Positions 12,030 to 24,207 are shown, numbered from the stretch's first letter. The stretch: 60,000 bases of DNA from Mobula hypostoma (GCF_963921235.1 NC_086108.1:62126001-62186000), one strand, 5' to 3'. Numbers and translations: made by a program. Notes: generated by a model from the sequence alone, not told the origin.

Positions 12030-13122
12030 TTAAGTGGCAGGCGGTATTTAATTTAGAAAAGTGTGAAGTGATACACTTTGGAAGGTCAGACTTGATGGCA
12101 GAACACCAAGTGATGGCATGATTCTTAGTAGTGTGGAAGAATAGAGGGATCTTGGAGTCCGAGTCAATAGATCCCTTAAAATTGCTCAGAGCATTTTTAG
12201 GGTGATTAAGAAAGCATATGCTGTGTTAGCCTTCGTTAGTCTGGGGACTGAGTTCAAGAGCCATGGGTAATGCTGCAGTTCAATAAAATTCTGGTTAGAC
12301 CACACTTGGAATATTGTGTTAAGTTCTAGTCACCTCATTATAGGAAGGATGTGGACGCTTTAGAAAGAGACAAAGGAAATTTGCCAGGATGCTGCCTGGA
12401 TTAGAAAACACCTTATGCGGAAATGTTGAGCGAGCTAGTGCTTTTCTCTTTGGAGCAAACAGGATGAGAGAAGACTTGATAGAGATATATAAGATGGTAA
12501 GAGGCATAGAGAGAGTGAACAGCCAGTGCCTTCTTCCATAGTCATAGTCATAGTCATTCTTTATTGATCCCGGGGGAAATTGGTTTTCGTTACAGTTGCA
12601 CCATAAATAATTAAATAGTAATAAAACCATAAATAGTTAAATAGTAATATGTAAATTATGCCAGGAAATAAGTCCAGGACCAGCCTATTGGCTCAGGGTG
12701 TCTGACCCTCCAAGGGAGGAGTTGTAAAGTTTGATGGCCACAGGCAGGAATGACTTCCTATGATGCTCTGTGTTGCATCTCGGTGGAATGAGTCTCTGGC
12801 TGAATGTACTCCTGTGCCCAGCCAGTACATTATGTAATAGTTAATGTGAGAGACCATCTAATTTTACAATAATTGGAGGGGGGGGGGTGTCAGAGTTAGG
12901 TGTTTTTTTTACCCAGAGAGTGCCTGAAGTGTATTGCCAGGGCTGATGTTAGATGCAGGTACAATGGGGAGATTTATGAGACTCTTAGATAGACACATGG
13001 ATAAAAGAAAAATGGAAGCCTAAGTGGGAGGGAAGGGTTCGACTGATTTCAGGGCAGATTAAGAGGTTAGCACAACATCATAGGCTAAAGAGTCTGTTCC
13101 GTGATGCACTGTTGTATGTTCA
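12030..13122 (+). mobile_element. CR1 RT C-terminal fragment, interrupted at ~12538-12835
   Basis: ctggttagaccacacttggaatattgtg (LVRPHLEYC), cccagagagtg and a gttgtatgttc tail. Confidence 0.8.
12538..12835 (-). mobile_element. LINE 3' end with (GACTAT)n tail nested in a CR1
   Basis: (catagt)x3 followed by tttattg (AATAAA on the minus strand) and a coding-like 3' remnant that interrupts the CR1. Confidence 0.65.
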
Positions 13123-13149
13123 AAATCTCCTTTAAACTTTGCTTATCTC

Positions 13150-13880
13150 AACAGGCACCTCTTCTGCTACCCTATCTACTTACATTGCCACTTTGAGGGA
13201 GATATGGACTTTCACTACAAGATCTCACTCTATTTCAATGTTCCTAAGAGACCTGTCATTTACCCCTTACATTTGACCTCCCAAAGCGCAACACTTTATA
13301 CTTTTCCAAATTAAACTCCATTTTCTATTTTCCTGACCATATTTTCAACTGGTGTATCTTCTGCTGTATTTTTTGACAACCTTCCTCACTATCCACCACT
13401 TAGCCTGTTTTTGTGTTGTCAGTGAACTTATTGATCTGCTCACATACGTTTTTGTAAAAATCATATATACAAAGTACCAACATCAGGGGTCCCAGCACTG
13501 ATCCTTTTGGAACACACTGTGTCAGAGGAGTACCCTTCCACTACTACTCCATCTTCCACGGCTAAGCCAATTTTGAATCCTGTCTACCCAAGTCTCCTTG
13601 GATCCCATATACTTCAATCTTCTGGATCAGCCTACCATGACATATCTTGTTGAAAGCTTTACTAAAGTCCACGTATAAAATATTTGCTACGCTACCCTCA
13701 TCAATCACCTTTGTTACCTCCACTAAAAACGTAGTCAAGTTTGGAAGATGCAATCCACATAAAGCCGTGCTGTAACTACTCCTAATAAATCTATACTTTT
13801 CCAGATGACATCTCTAAGAATCTTCTCCAGTAAGTTTCCTACCACTGATGTAAGGCACACCAGCCTTTAATTTCCTGGAA
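13150..13880 (-). mobile_element. CR1 RT fragment
   Basis: ORF 13562..13753: LYVDFSKAFNKICHGRLIQKI. Confidence 0.75.
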
Positions 13881-13889
13881 TTTTTTTGT

Positions 13890-14212
13890 AAATGCAAGCA
13901 GACTTTTTCCACTGAGGTTGGGTGAGACTACAACTAGAGGTCATGGGTTAAATATGAAATGTAAAACGTTTAAGGAGAACATGAGAGGGAACGTTTTTAT
14001 TCAGAGGGTGGTAAGACTGTGGAATGAGCTGCCAGCACAAGTGGTGGATGTGGGTTCAATTTCAATATTTAAGAGAAACTTGGATAGGTACATGGATGGG
14101 AGGGGTATGGAGAGCTATGGTCTGAGTGCGAGTTGATGGGACTAGGCAGATTAATGGTCTGGCAGGGACTAGATGGGCCTAATGGCCTGTTCCTGGCCTC
14201 TGTATTTCTATT
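13890..14212 (+). mobile_element. CR1 3' end fragment
   Basis: ORF 13918..14136: TRGHGL...QRVVRLWNELP...FKRNLDRYM. Confidence 0.85.
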
Positions 14213-14329
14213 GCTCTCCTACCGTGGGTTTGGATTCATGGTTCTGTACAGAGTAGTTATTTCCCCACACCCTCCCCAATAAAATGGACTAAATGAGTAT
14301 TTACAATATCCTGTTAGTTAACATTAACT

Positions 14330-14465
14330 ATACCAAATCTGTAATTCAAACGTATTCAATCTGGAAACTAAAATTTATATTTCTCAAGTGGCATATGAAT
14401 TCATGAATCTGAATCATTAGCCTAGGCCTCTGGATTGGTAGGCCAATAACATAACCAGCATGCGA
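14330..14465 (-). mobile_element. Decayed tRNA-derived SINE head (resembles chondrichthyan SINEs)
   Basis: Reverse complement has tggttatgttattggcctaccaatccagaggcctaggctaatg; recognised from memory only. Confidence 0.35.
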
Positions 14466-14835
14466 CTGTACTTCACAATAAGAGAAGGCAAAATACAACC
14501 AAAAGTACCAAGGAATTAGTTTTAAATGGGATAAATACAAATAAATATTAGTTTGAACAGGTTAATCATAAGACACTAGCACTAACAGAGAATACTTCTA
14601 AATAATGCTGTACAATCGAGTTAAATGCAATGCTCAAACTATTGCTTCAGATTAAGTGCATTATCAAATTAAAAATTAAATGAAAATGCTCCACAGGCAA
14701 TGGGGCACTGCAATGATTAAAAGAAAATATTGAAACTTATTAAAAGTCGAAGCAAGCAGCTGAGAAGGAGTGAAGAAATCGGGTAGAAAAAGTCATTTTT
14801 TTTTCTAAACACTGCTTGGGGAGAAAGGTCTGCAC

Positions 14836-14874
14836 TGCGCAGGCGCGTGACGTAGCACGCTAAGGTTTAAAAAG
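14836..14874 (+). promoter_or_regulatory. Putative CR1 5' promoter motifs
   Basis: TGCGCAGGCGC (NRF1-like), TGACGT (CRE/ATF-like) and TTTAAAAAG (TATA-like) clustered in a CpG-rich patch. Confidence 0.45.
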
Positions 14875-15035
14875 CAGACCACCATATACAGTGGCCATCG
14901 TTGTATCGGCGATCGTCGGAGTGGACAGAGTCAGAGTGGGACGGCTTTGGCTCAAACAGGCTTCGGCGAGAACAGGCAAAGGCCAGGGTAGGTTCCAGTA
15001 AGTTTTTTTTGTTCAGATTGTTTAGTGCAGTGAGA

Positions 15036-15971
15036 ATGCCAGGCAGGATGTTGGAATGCTCCTCTTGCAGGATGTGGGAAGTCAGGGAGCCCTCCGGTGT
15101 CCCTGACAACGACACTTGCAGGAGGTGCATCCAGCTGCAGCTCCTGACAAACCGCGTTAGGGAACTGGAGCAGGAACTGGATGACCTGCGGATCATTCGG
15201 GAGAATGAGGAGATTGTAGATCGTAGCTACAGTGAGGTAGTTACGCCAAAGGAGCAGAGGACAGGAAATTGGGTCACTGTCAGACGAGGGAAGAGGAAAG
15301 GACAGGCAGAGCAGGGTTCCCCTGTGGCCATTCCCCTCAACAACAAGTATACCGCATTGGATACTGTTGGGGGGGATGACTTACCTGGGACTAGCTGCAG
15401 TAGCCAGATCTCTGGCACTGAGTCTGGCTCTGCAGTGCAGAAGGGAGGGGGGAGAAAGAGGAGTGCGGTAGTGATAGGGGACTCGATAGTTAGAGGTGCA
15501 GATAGGAGGTTCTGTGATCGTGACAGAGAATCCAGGATGGTTTGTTGCCTCCCAGGTGCCAGGGTCAAGGATGTCTCTCATTGATTGCATGACATTCTGA
15601 AGTGGGAGGGTGACCAGCCAGATGTCGTGGTGCACATCGGTACCAATGACATAGCAAGGAAGAGTGAGGAGGTCCTGGACAGTGAGTATAGAGAGCTTGG
15701 TAGGAGGTTGAAAAGCAGGACCTCAAGGGTGTTAATCTTAGGATTGCTACCTGTGCTAGGTGCCAGTGAGGGTAGGAATAGGATGCTCTGGAGGAGGAAC
15801 AAGTGGCTGAGGAACTGGTGTAGGGGGCAAGGTTTTAGATTTCAGGATCATTGGGACCTCTTCTGGGGCAGGTGGGACCTGTACAAGAGAGACGGGTTAC
15901 ACTTGAACCACAGGGGGACCAATATCCTTTCAGGGAGGTTTGTTAGTGCTATTGGGGAGGCTTTAAACTAG
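15036..15971 (+). pseudogene. CR1 ORF1: zinc finger/coiled coil plus SGNH esterase, with one premature stop
   Basis: CSSC...CRRC, a leucine-zipper-like stretch, VIGDSIVR, HIGTND and DGLHLN; in-frame TGA at 15582-15584. Confidence 0.9.
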
Positions 15972-15973
15972 AT

Positions 15974-18671
15974 TTGCAGGGGGATGGGAACCAGAGTGCC
16001 AGAGCTGACAGTGTGGCTGGGGTGAAAATAAATGATGTTGAAAGTTTAAGCAAATCCGCTGATAGAAAGGTTGAAAAGCAGGATAGTGGTGGTGGTAAAA
16101 ATCTTCTGAGGTGTATATATTTCAATGCTAGGAGTATTGCGGGGAAGGCCGATGAGTTGAGGGCGTGGATTGACACGTGGAATTATGATGTTGTAGCAAT
16201 TAGTGAAACTTGGCTACAGGAGGGGCAGGACTGGCAGCTTAATATTCCAGGGTTCCGATGTTTCAGATGTGATCGAGGCAGAGGAATGAAAGGTGGGGGA
16301 GTAGCATTGCTTGTTAGGGACAATATTACAGCAGCGCTCAGGCAGGACAGATTAGAGGGCTTGTCTACTGAGTCCTTATGGGTGGAGCTGAGAAACAGGA
16401 AAGGTATGGCCACATTAGTGGGATTGTATTACAGACCACCCAATAGTCAACGAGACTTGGAAGATCAAATCTGCAGAGAGATAGCAGGCAACTGCAAGAA
16501 ACATAAAGTTGTGGTGGTAGGGGATTTTAATTTTCCATACATTGATTGGGACTCCCATACTGTTAGGGGTCTAGATGGTTTAGAGTTTGTAAAATGTGTT
16601 CAGGAAAGTTTTCTAAATCAATATATAGAGGGACCAACTAGAGGGGATGCAATATTGGATCTCCTGTTAGGAAACGAATTAGGGCAAGTGACAGAAGTCT
16701 GTGTAGGGGAGCACTTTGGTTCCAGTGATCATAACACCATTAGTTTCAATTTAATCATGGACAAAGATAGATCTGGTCCTAGGGTTGAGGTTCTGAACTG
16801 GAAGAAGGCCAAATTTGAAGAAATGAGAAAGGATCTAAAAAGCGTGGATTGGGACAGGTTGTTCTCTGGCAAAGATGTGATTGGTAGGTGGGAAGCCTTC
16901 AAAGGGGAAATTTTGAGAGTGCGGAGTTTGTATGTTCCTGTCAGGATTAAAGGCAAATTGAATAGGAATAAGGAACCTTGGTTCTCAAGGGATATTGCAA
17001 CTCTGATAAAGAAGAAGAGGGAGTTGTATGAAATGTATAGGAAACAGGGGGTAAATCAGGTGCTTGAGGAGTATAAGAAGTGCAAGAAAATACTTAAGAA
17101 AGAAATCAGGAGGGCTAAAAGAAGACATGAGGTTGCCTTGGCAGTCAAAGTGAAGGATAATCCAAAGAGCTTTTACAAGTATATTAAGAGCAAAAGGATT
17201 GTAAGGGATAAAATTGGTCCTCTTGAAGATCAGAGTGGTCGGCTTTGTGCTGAACCAAAGGAAATGGGGGAAGATCTTAAATAGGTTTCTTGCATCTGTA
17301 TTTAATAAGGAAGCTGGCATGAAATCTATGGAATTGAGGGAATCAAGTAGTGAGACCATGGAAACTGTACAGATTGAAAAGGAGGAGGTGCTTGCTGTCT
17401 TGAGGAAAATTAAAGTGGATAAATCCCCGGGACCTGACAGAGTGTTCCCTCAGACCTTGAAGGAGACTAGTGTTGAAATTGCGGGGACCAATTAGACCAA
17501 TCTGTTGGAGTTTTTCGAGGAGGTTACCAGGAAAGTGGATGAAGGGAAGGCAGTGGATATTGTCTACATGGACTTCAGTAAGGCCTTTGACAAGGTCCTG
17601 CATGGGAGGTTAGTTAGGAAAATTCAGTCACTAGGTATACATGGAGAGGTGGTAAATTGGATTAGACATTGGCTCGATGGAAGAAGCCAGAGAGTGATGG
17701 TAGAGAATTGCTTCTCTGAGTGGAGGCCTGTGACTAGTGGTGTGCCACAGGGATCAGTGCTGGGTCCATTGTTATTTGTCATCTATATCAATGATCTGGA
17801 TGATAATGTGGTAAATTGGATCAGCAAGTTTGTTGATGATACAAAGATTGGAGGTGTAGTAGACAGTGAGGAAGGTTTTCAGAGCCTGCAGAGGGACTTG
17901 GACCAGCTGGAAAAATGGGCTGAAAAATGGCAGATGGAGTTTAATACTGACAAGTGTGAGGTATTGCACGTTAGAAGGACAAACCAAGGTAGAACATACA
18001 GGGTTAATGGTAAGGCACTGAGGAGTGCAGTGGAACAGAGGGATCTGGGAATACAGATACAAAATTCCCTAAAAGTGTCGTCACAGGTAGATAGGGTCGT
18101 AAAGAGAGCTTTTGGTACATTGGCCTTTATTAATCAAAGTATTGAGTATAAGAGCTGGAATGTTATGATGAGGTTGTATAAGGCATTGGTGAGGCCGAAT
18201 CTGGAGTATTGTGTTCAGTTTTGGTCACCAAATTACAGGAAGGATATAAATAAGGTTGAAAGAGTGCAGAGAAGGTTTACAAGGATGTTGCTGGGACTTG
18301 AGAAACTCAGTTACAGAGAAAGGTTGAATAGGTTAGGACTTTATTCCCTGGAGCGTAGAAGAATGAGTGGAGATTTGATAGAGGTATATAAAATTATGAT
18401 GGGTATAGATAGAGTGAATGCAAGCAGGCTTTTTCCACTGAGGCAAGGGGAGAAAAAAACCAGAGGACATGGGCTAAGGGTGAGGGGGGAAAAGTTTAAA
18501 GGGAACATTAGGGGGGGCTTCTTCACACAGAGAGTGGTGGGAGTATGGAATGAGCTGCCAGACGAGGTGGTAAGTGCGGGTTCTTTTTTAACATTTAAGA
18601 ATAAATTGGACAAATACATGGATGGGAGGTGTATGGAGGGATATGGTCCGTGTGCAGGTCAGTGGGACTAG
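15974..18671 (+). pseudogene. CR1 ORF2: APE endonuclease + reverse transcriptase (frameshift and deletion)
   Basis: YFNARS, ISETW, YYRPPN, GDFN, SDHN; MDFSKAFD, GVPQGSVLGP, KFVDDTK. Frameshift near 17270 and deletion near 17490. Confidence 0.92.
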
Positions 18672-18989
18672 GCAGAAAATGGTTCAGCACAGCCAAGAAG
18701 GGCCAAAGGGTCTGTTTCTATGCTGTAGTTTCTATGGTTCTATGGTTCTAATGGAAATGAGATGAATAAGGAGAAACTGAGGAACAAAATAAAGAAATGG
18801 AGGTTAATTATAACTATACAAAATTATTATAGTGCAGGAAGAGGGCAGTCAAAGATAACCTTAAAAAATCTAATTGTGATTCAAACCAAGGACAATTTCA
18901 AAATAGCATATGTTCTGAATAGGCATTAATAACATCCTCACAACAATGAAGTTAACCCAAATAAAACCACAGACTTCAATACAGACAGG

Positions 18990-19672
18990 ACCTGGAATAG
19001 TGTATTCACTTCTGGTCACCATACTACAAGTTGGAAGGCTTGAGTTATGAGGAGAGACTGGATTGGCTGCGGCTGTTTTTGCAGGAGTGAAGGAGGCTGA
19101 GATTTATAAAATCATGAGGTAGGTGGTCACAATCTTTTTGCCAGGGTAGTAGGATCTAAAACTAGAGATAACTGCTTTCGAAAGAGGAACGATTTACAAC
19201 TGGCAAGTTTTTCCCTCACAGAGGGAGGTGTTATATGGAATGAGCTGCCAGTGTTATAGGCAGGTACAGTTAGAGCACTTAAAAGATATTTGGACAGGCT
19301 CATGGATAGAAAAGGTTTTGAGAGATACTAGCCAAACGTGGGCAAATAATGGTAGCGGAAGAAGGCTTCTTGGTTGAAATGGACAAAAATGGCTGTTAAC
19401 TACTGAATTTCTTATAAATATAAATGAGATCTGAGGGGTCAGTTTTTCACATAAAGATGCTGGTTATATCTAACAAAGTGCCTGAGGAGATAGTGAAGGT
19501 AGAAACAATTACAATGTTTAAAAGGCAACTTATCAGGGACTTGGATAGGAAAGGCACAAAGGGACATGGTCCTAGTACAGGCAAGCAGGATTAGCACAGG
19601 TAGTATCTCAACTAGCACAGTTGAAATGGGCTGAAATAGTCTGTTTTGGTGCTGTGTGATTCTATGATTCAA
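18990..19672 (+). mobile_element. Two decayed CR1 3' fragments in tandem
   Basis: ttctggtcacc, tggaatgagctgcca, and a second tail gtgctgtgtgattctatgattc. Confidence 0.65.
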
Positions 19673-20308
19673 CGATCACCAATGCTAGTAAAAGGAAATT
19701 CACGGGAATAAAAGGCTGAGCAATGAAAACTGTTAGGAGGATCTTACATTTTATAACTTAGAAAGGATTGGCCCAGCAGAAGATCCCTCAGAATTACAAT
19801 AGATAGGACGAAAAATTACATCTGATATGTTGCTATAAATTAAAATGCAACATGTTCGTCAGAGTCAATTACATTTATAAGCAATGACTTACACAAGTGA
19901 CAGGAAATAGATTTAAATTTAAAAAAAATGTTTCTCAGCTTCAATATTGAAGAATTGAGCAAGTCAAGGATGAATGACACACAATACAATTACTTGCATG
20001 TGGATAGCTGTAAATGAATGAGCATGAACTGACAAGTTTAGAGTTAAAGAGATAACTTACATTAGGCAAAATGCAGTATTTGGGGGAGACACACAAAATG
20101 TTATGTGACTTTAGATGTAAAATCCCAGTATAATTCTGATGAACAATGTAAGTATGTTTAAGTGTATATTTGTGTGCATGTTTGTTAATTAGAATATCAG
20201 CAATGAACACCCAATCTAGAAGTAAGACCAAAAGGAAAAAGTGCACAGCACTATAGGCAGGAGATTAGATTAATTCCTTAAATCAACAATCTGTATCATA
20301 TTACTTGC

Positions 20309-20414
20309 CTAAGGGATAGCTTGTACTTCTCCATTATCCAGCGTGCTTTATCTATCAACCGTACCCACAGAGGTTCTTCATTCAACTGCTTCAGCTCACA
20401 TTTGTATGGAAGGC
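20309..20414 (-). CDS. MYSM1: MYSM1 exon (last one found in the window; probable GC donor)
   Basis: tgtag|GC CTT...; (R)LPYKCELKQLNEEPLWVRLIDKARWIMEKYKLSL; the 3' boundary is AG|gcaagt, or an alternative GT 4 nt further on. Confidence 0.88.
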
Positions 20415-20732
20415 CTACATGAAAAGAAAACAGAGGTTCAAAAGCTGCTCTACATTTTGACACACGTGCAAATTTTATTGGATATTTAGTAAAGAATTTT
20501 GCTTAAGTGAGCCATGTGAGATTGCATGCTTTGATAGTCACAGTGTATCACAATCTGAAATAATATATATAACAAGCATATATTATTTACTTGCTAAATG
20601 TCAGCTTAAGTAATTCAAAATGGACACTCATGAGAATATTTCAATTCCCATCTACATGCATGAAGATTGAATGTGAAATATTCCAATGTAATAGATGAGG
20701 AGGAAGAGGTAGACAAGTATGAGAAGTAAATC

Positions 20733-22305
20733 ATAAACACAAGAGGTTCTGCAGATGTTGGAAATCCAGAGCAACACGCACAGAATACTGGGAAAACTCA
20801 GCAGGCCAGCTAGTGTCTATGGAAATGAATAAATAGTCAACTTACAACAGATTGGAAAGAAAGGGGGGAAGAAGCCAAAATCAGAAGGGGTATAGACTAG
20901 AATGTGATGTTTGGGGGGGGGAGAGGGAAGGGGAGGGAGGAGTACAGGCTAGAGGTGAAGCCACGTGGGTGGAAGTGGAAGTAAGAAGAAGGGAGGTGAT
21001 AGGTGACGACGGACTGGAATCTGAAAGGAGAGGAGAATGGACCATGGGTGAAAGAGAAGGAAGAGGGGTGATAATCAGGCAAGGAAAAGGGGAAAGGTGA
21101 GAGGAGAGCCGGAGTGGGTGGATGAAAGAAGAGGGAAAGGGGAAGGGGGAAAGGGGAACAATTACCGGTTGGAGAAATTTATGTTTATTACATCAAGTTG
21201 AAGGCTACCCAGACAGAATTTGAGGGGTTGCTCCTCCAACCTGAGATTGACCTCATTGTGGCAGCAGGCGAGGCCATGGTCTGACAAATTGGAATGTGAA
21301 TGGGGTTTGGAATTAAAATTGCTGGCCAACGGAATATCCTGCTTTTTGCAGATAGAGCGAAGATACTCAACAAAGAGTCCTCCAATCTCTGTCGGGTCTC
21401 ACAAAAGTGGCAGAGACCAACCTGGGAACACCAGATACAATACGCAACTCCAAAAGATTCACGTGAAGTATTGATTCACCTGGAAGGACTATTTGGGGCC
21501 TGAGTGGCAGTGAGGGAGGAGGAGGATAGGCAGGTGTAGCAGCAATGTTTGAGGAGGGAGATTAGTCGGGATGCACGAATGGAAAAGGGAATCATGGAGG
21601 GAGAGATCCCTGCAGAAAGCAGAAAGTGTGGGCTGTAAAGATATGTTTGGTGGTAGGATCCTGTTGAAAATGGTGGAAGTTATGGAGAATAAAAGCTGTA
21701 TGCAAAGGCTCATGGAGTGGTTGGTGAGAACAAAAGGAACTCTATCTCTGTTAAGACTGTGGGAAGATGGGGTGAGGGCAGAGGTCCAAAAATGAAGGAG
21801 ATGCAGGTGAGGGTGGAAGAAAGGAAACCCTATTCCTTGAAGAAGGAAGACATCTCTTATGTTCTGCAAAGGAAAGTCCCATCCTGGGAACAGATGCGGT
21901 AGAGATGAAGGGACTGAGAAAAAGAAACGGCATCTTTACAGGAGACAAGGTGGGAAGAGATATAGTTAGGATAGCCGTGGGAGTTGGTACCTTTATAGAA
22001 AATATCAGTAGACAGTTTGTTGCCAGAATGGAGAGATGAAGATAGAGAGATCAAGAGAGGGGAGAGAGGTGTCAGAAATGGACCAAGTGAATTTAAAGAC
22101 AGGGTGGAATTTGGAGGCAAAGTTGATGAAACTGATGAGCTCAACATGGGTGCATGCAGCAGCACTAATAAGGCCGTCAATGTAGCACAAAAGGAATTGG
22201 GAAGCATTACCAGGGAAGGCTTAGAACATGGGCTGTTCCATGTAGTCAATGAAAAGCAGGCATAGCTGGGGCCCATGTGGGTGCCCATGGCCACACCTTG
22301 AGTCT
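20733..22305 (-). mobile_element. Older, decayed Penelope-like element (RT C-terminus, GIY-YIG, tail)
   Basis: [35 protein letters not shown] and LYRICSQD fragments, colinear with the 932-3757 element. Confidence 0.88.
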
Positions 22306-22378
22306 GGAGAAAGAATGACAAGTATTGTCTTGTCTGCCTGAAGAACGTTGTGAAATGTTCTGAACTGCCCATACTTAC

Positions 22379-22511
22379 GGAAACTGCCATCTGCACTGAG
22401 TTCTTCACTAACTATAAGACATGTGACCTGGGAGTAAGGCAAGGAGTTGCAAATATTGTACGGACTGATGATCATTCCAACAAATTGTGTTCCTCCACGT
22501 GAAAAGTAATT
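22379..22511 (-). CDS. MYSM1: MYSM1 exon, MPN domain C-terminal part
   Basis: ttcag|...|gtaag, 133 nt, phase 0/1; [44 protein letters not shown]. Confidence 0.94.
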
Positions 22512-23426
22512 CTGAAATACACAGGAACCAGGAACCAGTAATTAGACTCTACACACAAAGGGATCAAGAAAAAGCAGTTTGCAGAACAATTTTTTTAATG
22601 AAACCTTTACAATAAAGTGTTTTTGTATAGTGCAACCTTTGGTACTACAAAGCACAATCTGTGATGAAGCAGTCCCATAAGTTTGACTCTTAGCCTTGCT
22701 GTGTATTTATATCACAATCCATCTTGAGAATGCAACTAATATAGCACAGACAGAACAGGAACACCATGAGGAATTAGACACTTTGCTAAACTATTAGTCA
22801 TGTTGACAGGGTACAATTTGGACATGTTGTCTGAACCACCAGGATTCTCCCCTGATTATGTCAAGTTTCTGGAGCCAGAATTATTTTTGGCAGCCATTAT
22901 GTCCTGTGCCAGGCAGAGGATGTGCTTGAAGAAAGTGCAGAAAATAGCCATGATGATTTTCAGGGAGATGCTGCTTCATTAAGAATTAAAACATTAAAAA
23001 AAGGTGACAATTCTTTTGACAGTACTATTTATCAGCCAATGACCATTACATACTTACAAAATTTAAATGGGCCCTTGGTGCCCAAAGCGGTACTGGACAC
23101 CAAGGATGAATTGGCCTGTATAACTAGCAATGAAGTGCTATAATTGTAAAGACTGATGATCATCTCAACAACTGAGCTCTTTCAAGTGAAAAATAAATTG
23201 ATGAGCTTTTTGTCTCCATTAACTGGAGCACAGTTCCTAAGCTATCCAAGTACATATTTAATGCTTCAGTTGTTGTCCTTAGCTGATAGTGCATATTCAA
23301 AATATTTATGCATTTCAGCTGAAAACCTATCTTAATTTGTCTACATGGTGAAACAGGAAAAGGAAAAGACAGCAATATTTTCAACTCGGTCATATTGTAA
23401 AATATACTATTAGTTAATTGCTTTGT

Positions 23427-23836
23427 CGTCCAAGAGGACCACAACCTTGTTGTAGTTTGGATGCTCAAATGTTTCAGTGATCCGAAGAGCTATGTTGGCT
23501 GGAGTTGGGGCTTTATGCTTTGGCTCTTGGTCGGGTCACCCAGGCCAAACAGGTCAAAGGGTAGAGGCCAGACTAAGAGAGGTCCACCAGTCCTCCAGGT
23601 TTGGAGTTCAGCTCAGGGCTAACAACCCTGACTGATAAAACAAAACTGTTACAGAAACAGCAATGAAGAATTCTTCTACATTCGATTGCAACAGTATTCC
23701 TGGGACTTGCATGACTGACAATAGTGAAAACCAAGAGGAAGCTCCTGACACGATGAAGGAAGCTCTGAACACCACCAGAGATGGAGAGCCTTCATTACAG
23801 CCCTAAATGCCTGCGACATAACAGGCACTAAATAAG
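23427..23836 (+). mobile_element. RTE-derived non-autonomous retroelement (SINE-like)
   Basis: Head ggaccacaaccttg...tcagtga...agctatg...gggtcaccca...aggtccac resembles RTE/BovB 5' UTRs; taaataag tail; TSD taattg(c/t)tttgt at 23415-23426 and 23837-23848. Confidence 0.7.
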
Positions 23837-24207
23837 TAATTGTTTTGTAATGTTGTTAGATGCCCATTTTTTCTTGCAATAAATATAATCCCAAGAAAAT
23901 TTAACTCTTAAAAATAGTTTCATTAAATGATGAAATGGAGAATATGTGCTCAGTGTTTTCTAAAAAATTATAAACATTAAAATAAATCCTAATTATGGCT
24001 TCTTTTAGTTTTGGTATGGATCAGTTAATGAATTGCTAAATGCAAGAAATATATAAATTTCTATTTCTATGATGACATTAAAAAACACGTGAAAACTCAA
24101 TTTATATTTTCAAAGCTATTAACTGGAAAATATATTAATCTCTATTTCTTTAAATCCTGAGCAATGGGAAATGTGTTTTTAATTCTGAACCTTGATTGAA
24201 TTTGTAC

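Larger units (their letters stand above)
14800..18750 (+). mobile_element. Near full-length CR1 LINE with an internal RT deletion
   Basis: CpG-rich 5' UTR, ORF1, ORF2 and a 3' tail ttctatggttctatggttcta. Confidence 0.95.

Noticed and set aside
12538..12557. (catagt)n and similar short repeats as CRISPR or telomeric arrays
   Set aside because: They are microsatellite tails of LINE 3' ends with no spacers, in a eukaryotic context
21857..22475. ORFs apparently fusing a MYSM1 exon to PLE RT
   Set aside because: A strong gtaag donor follows position 22379; the apparent fusion is only read-through into a decayed intronic element
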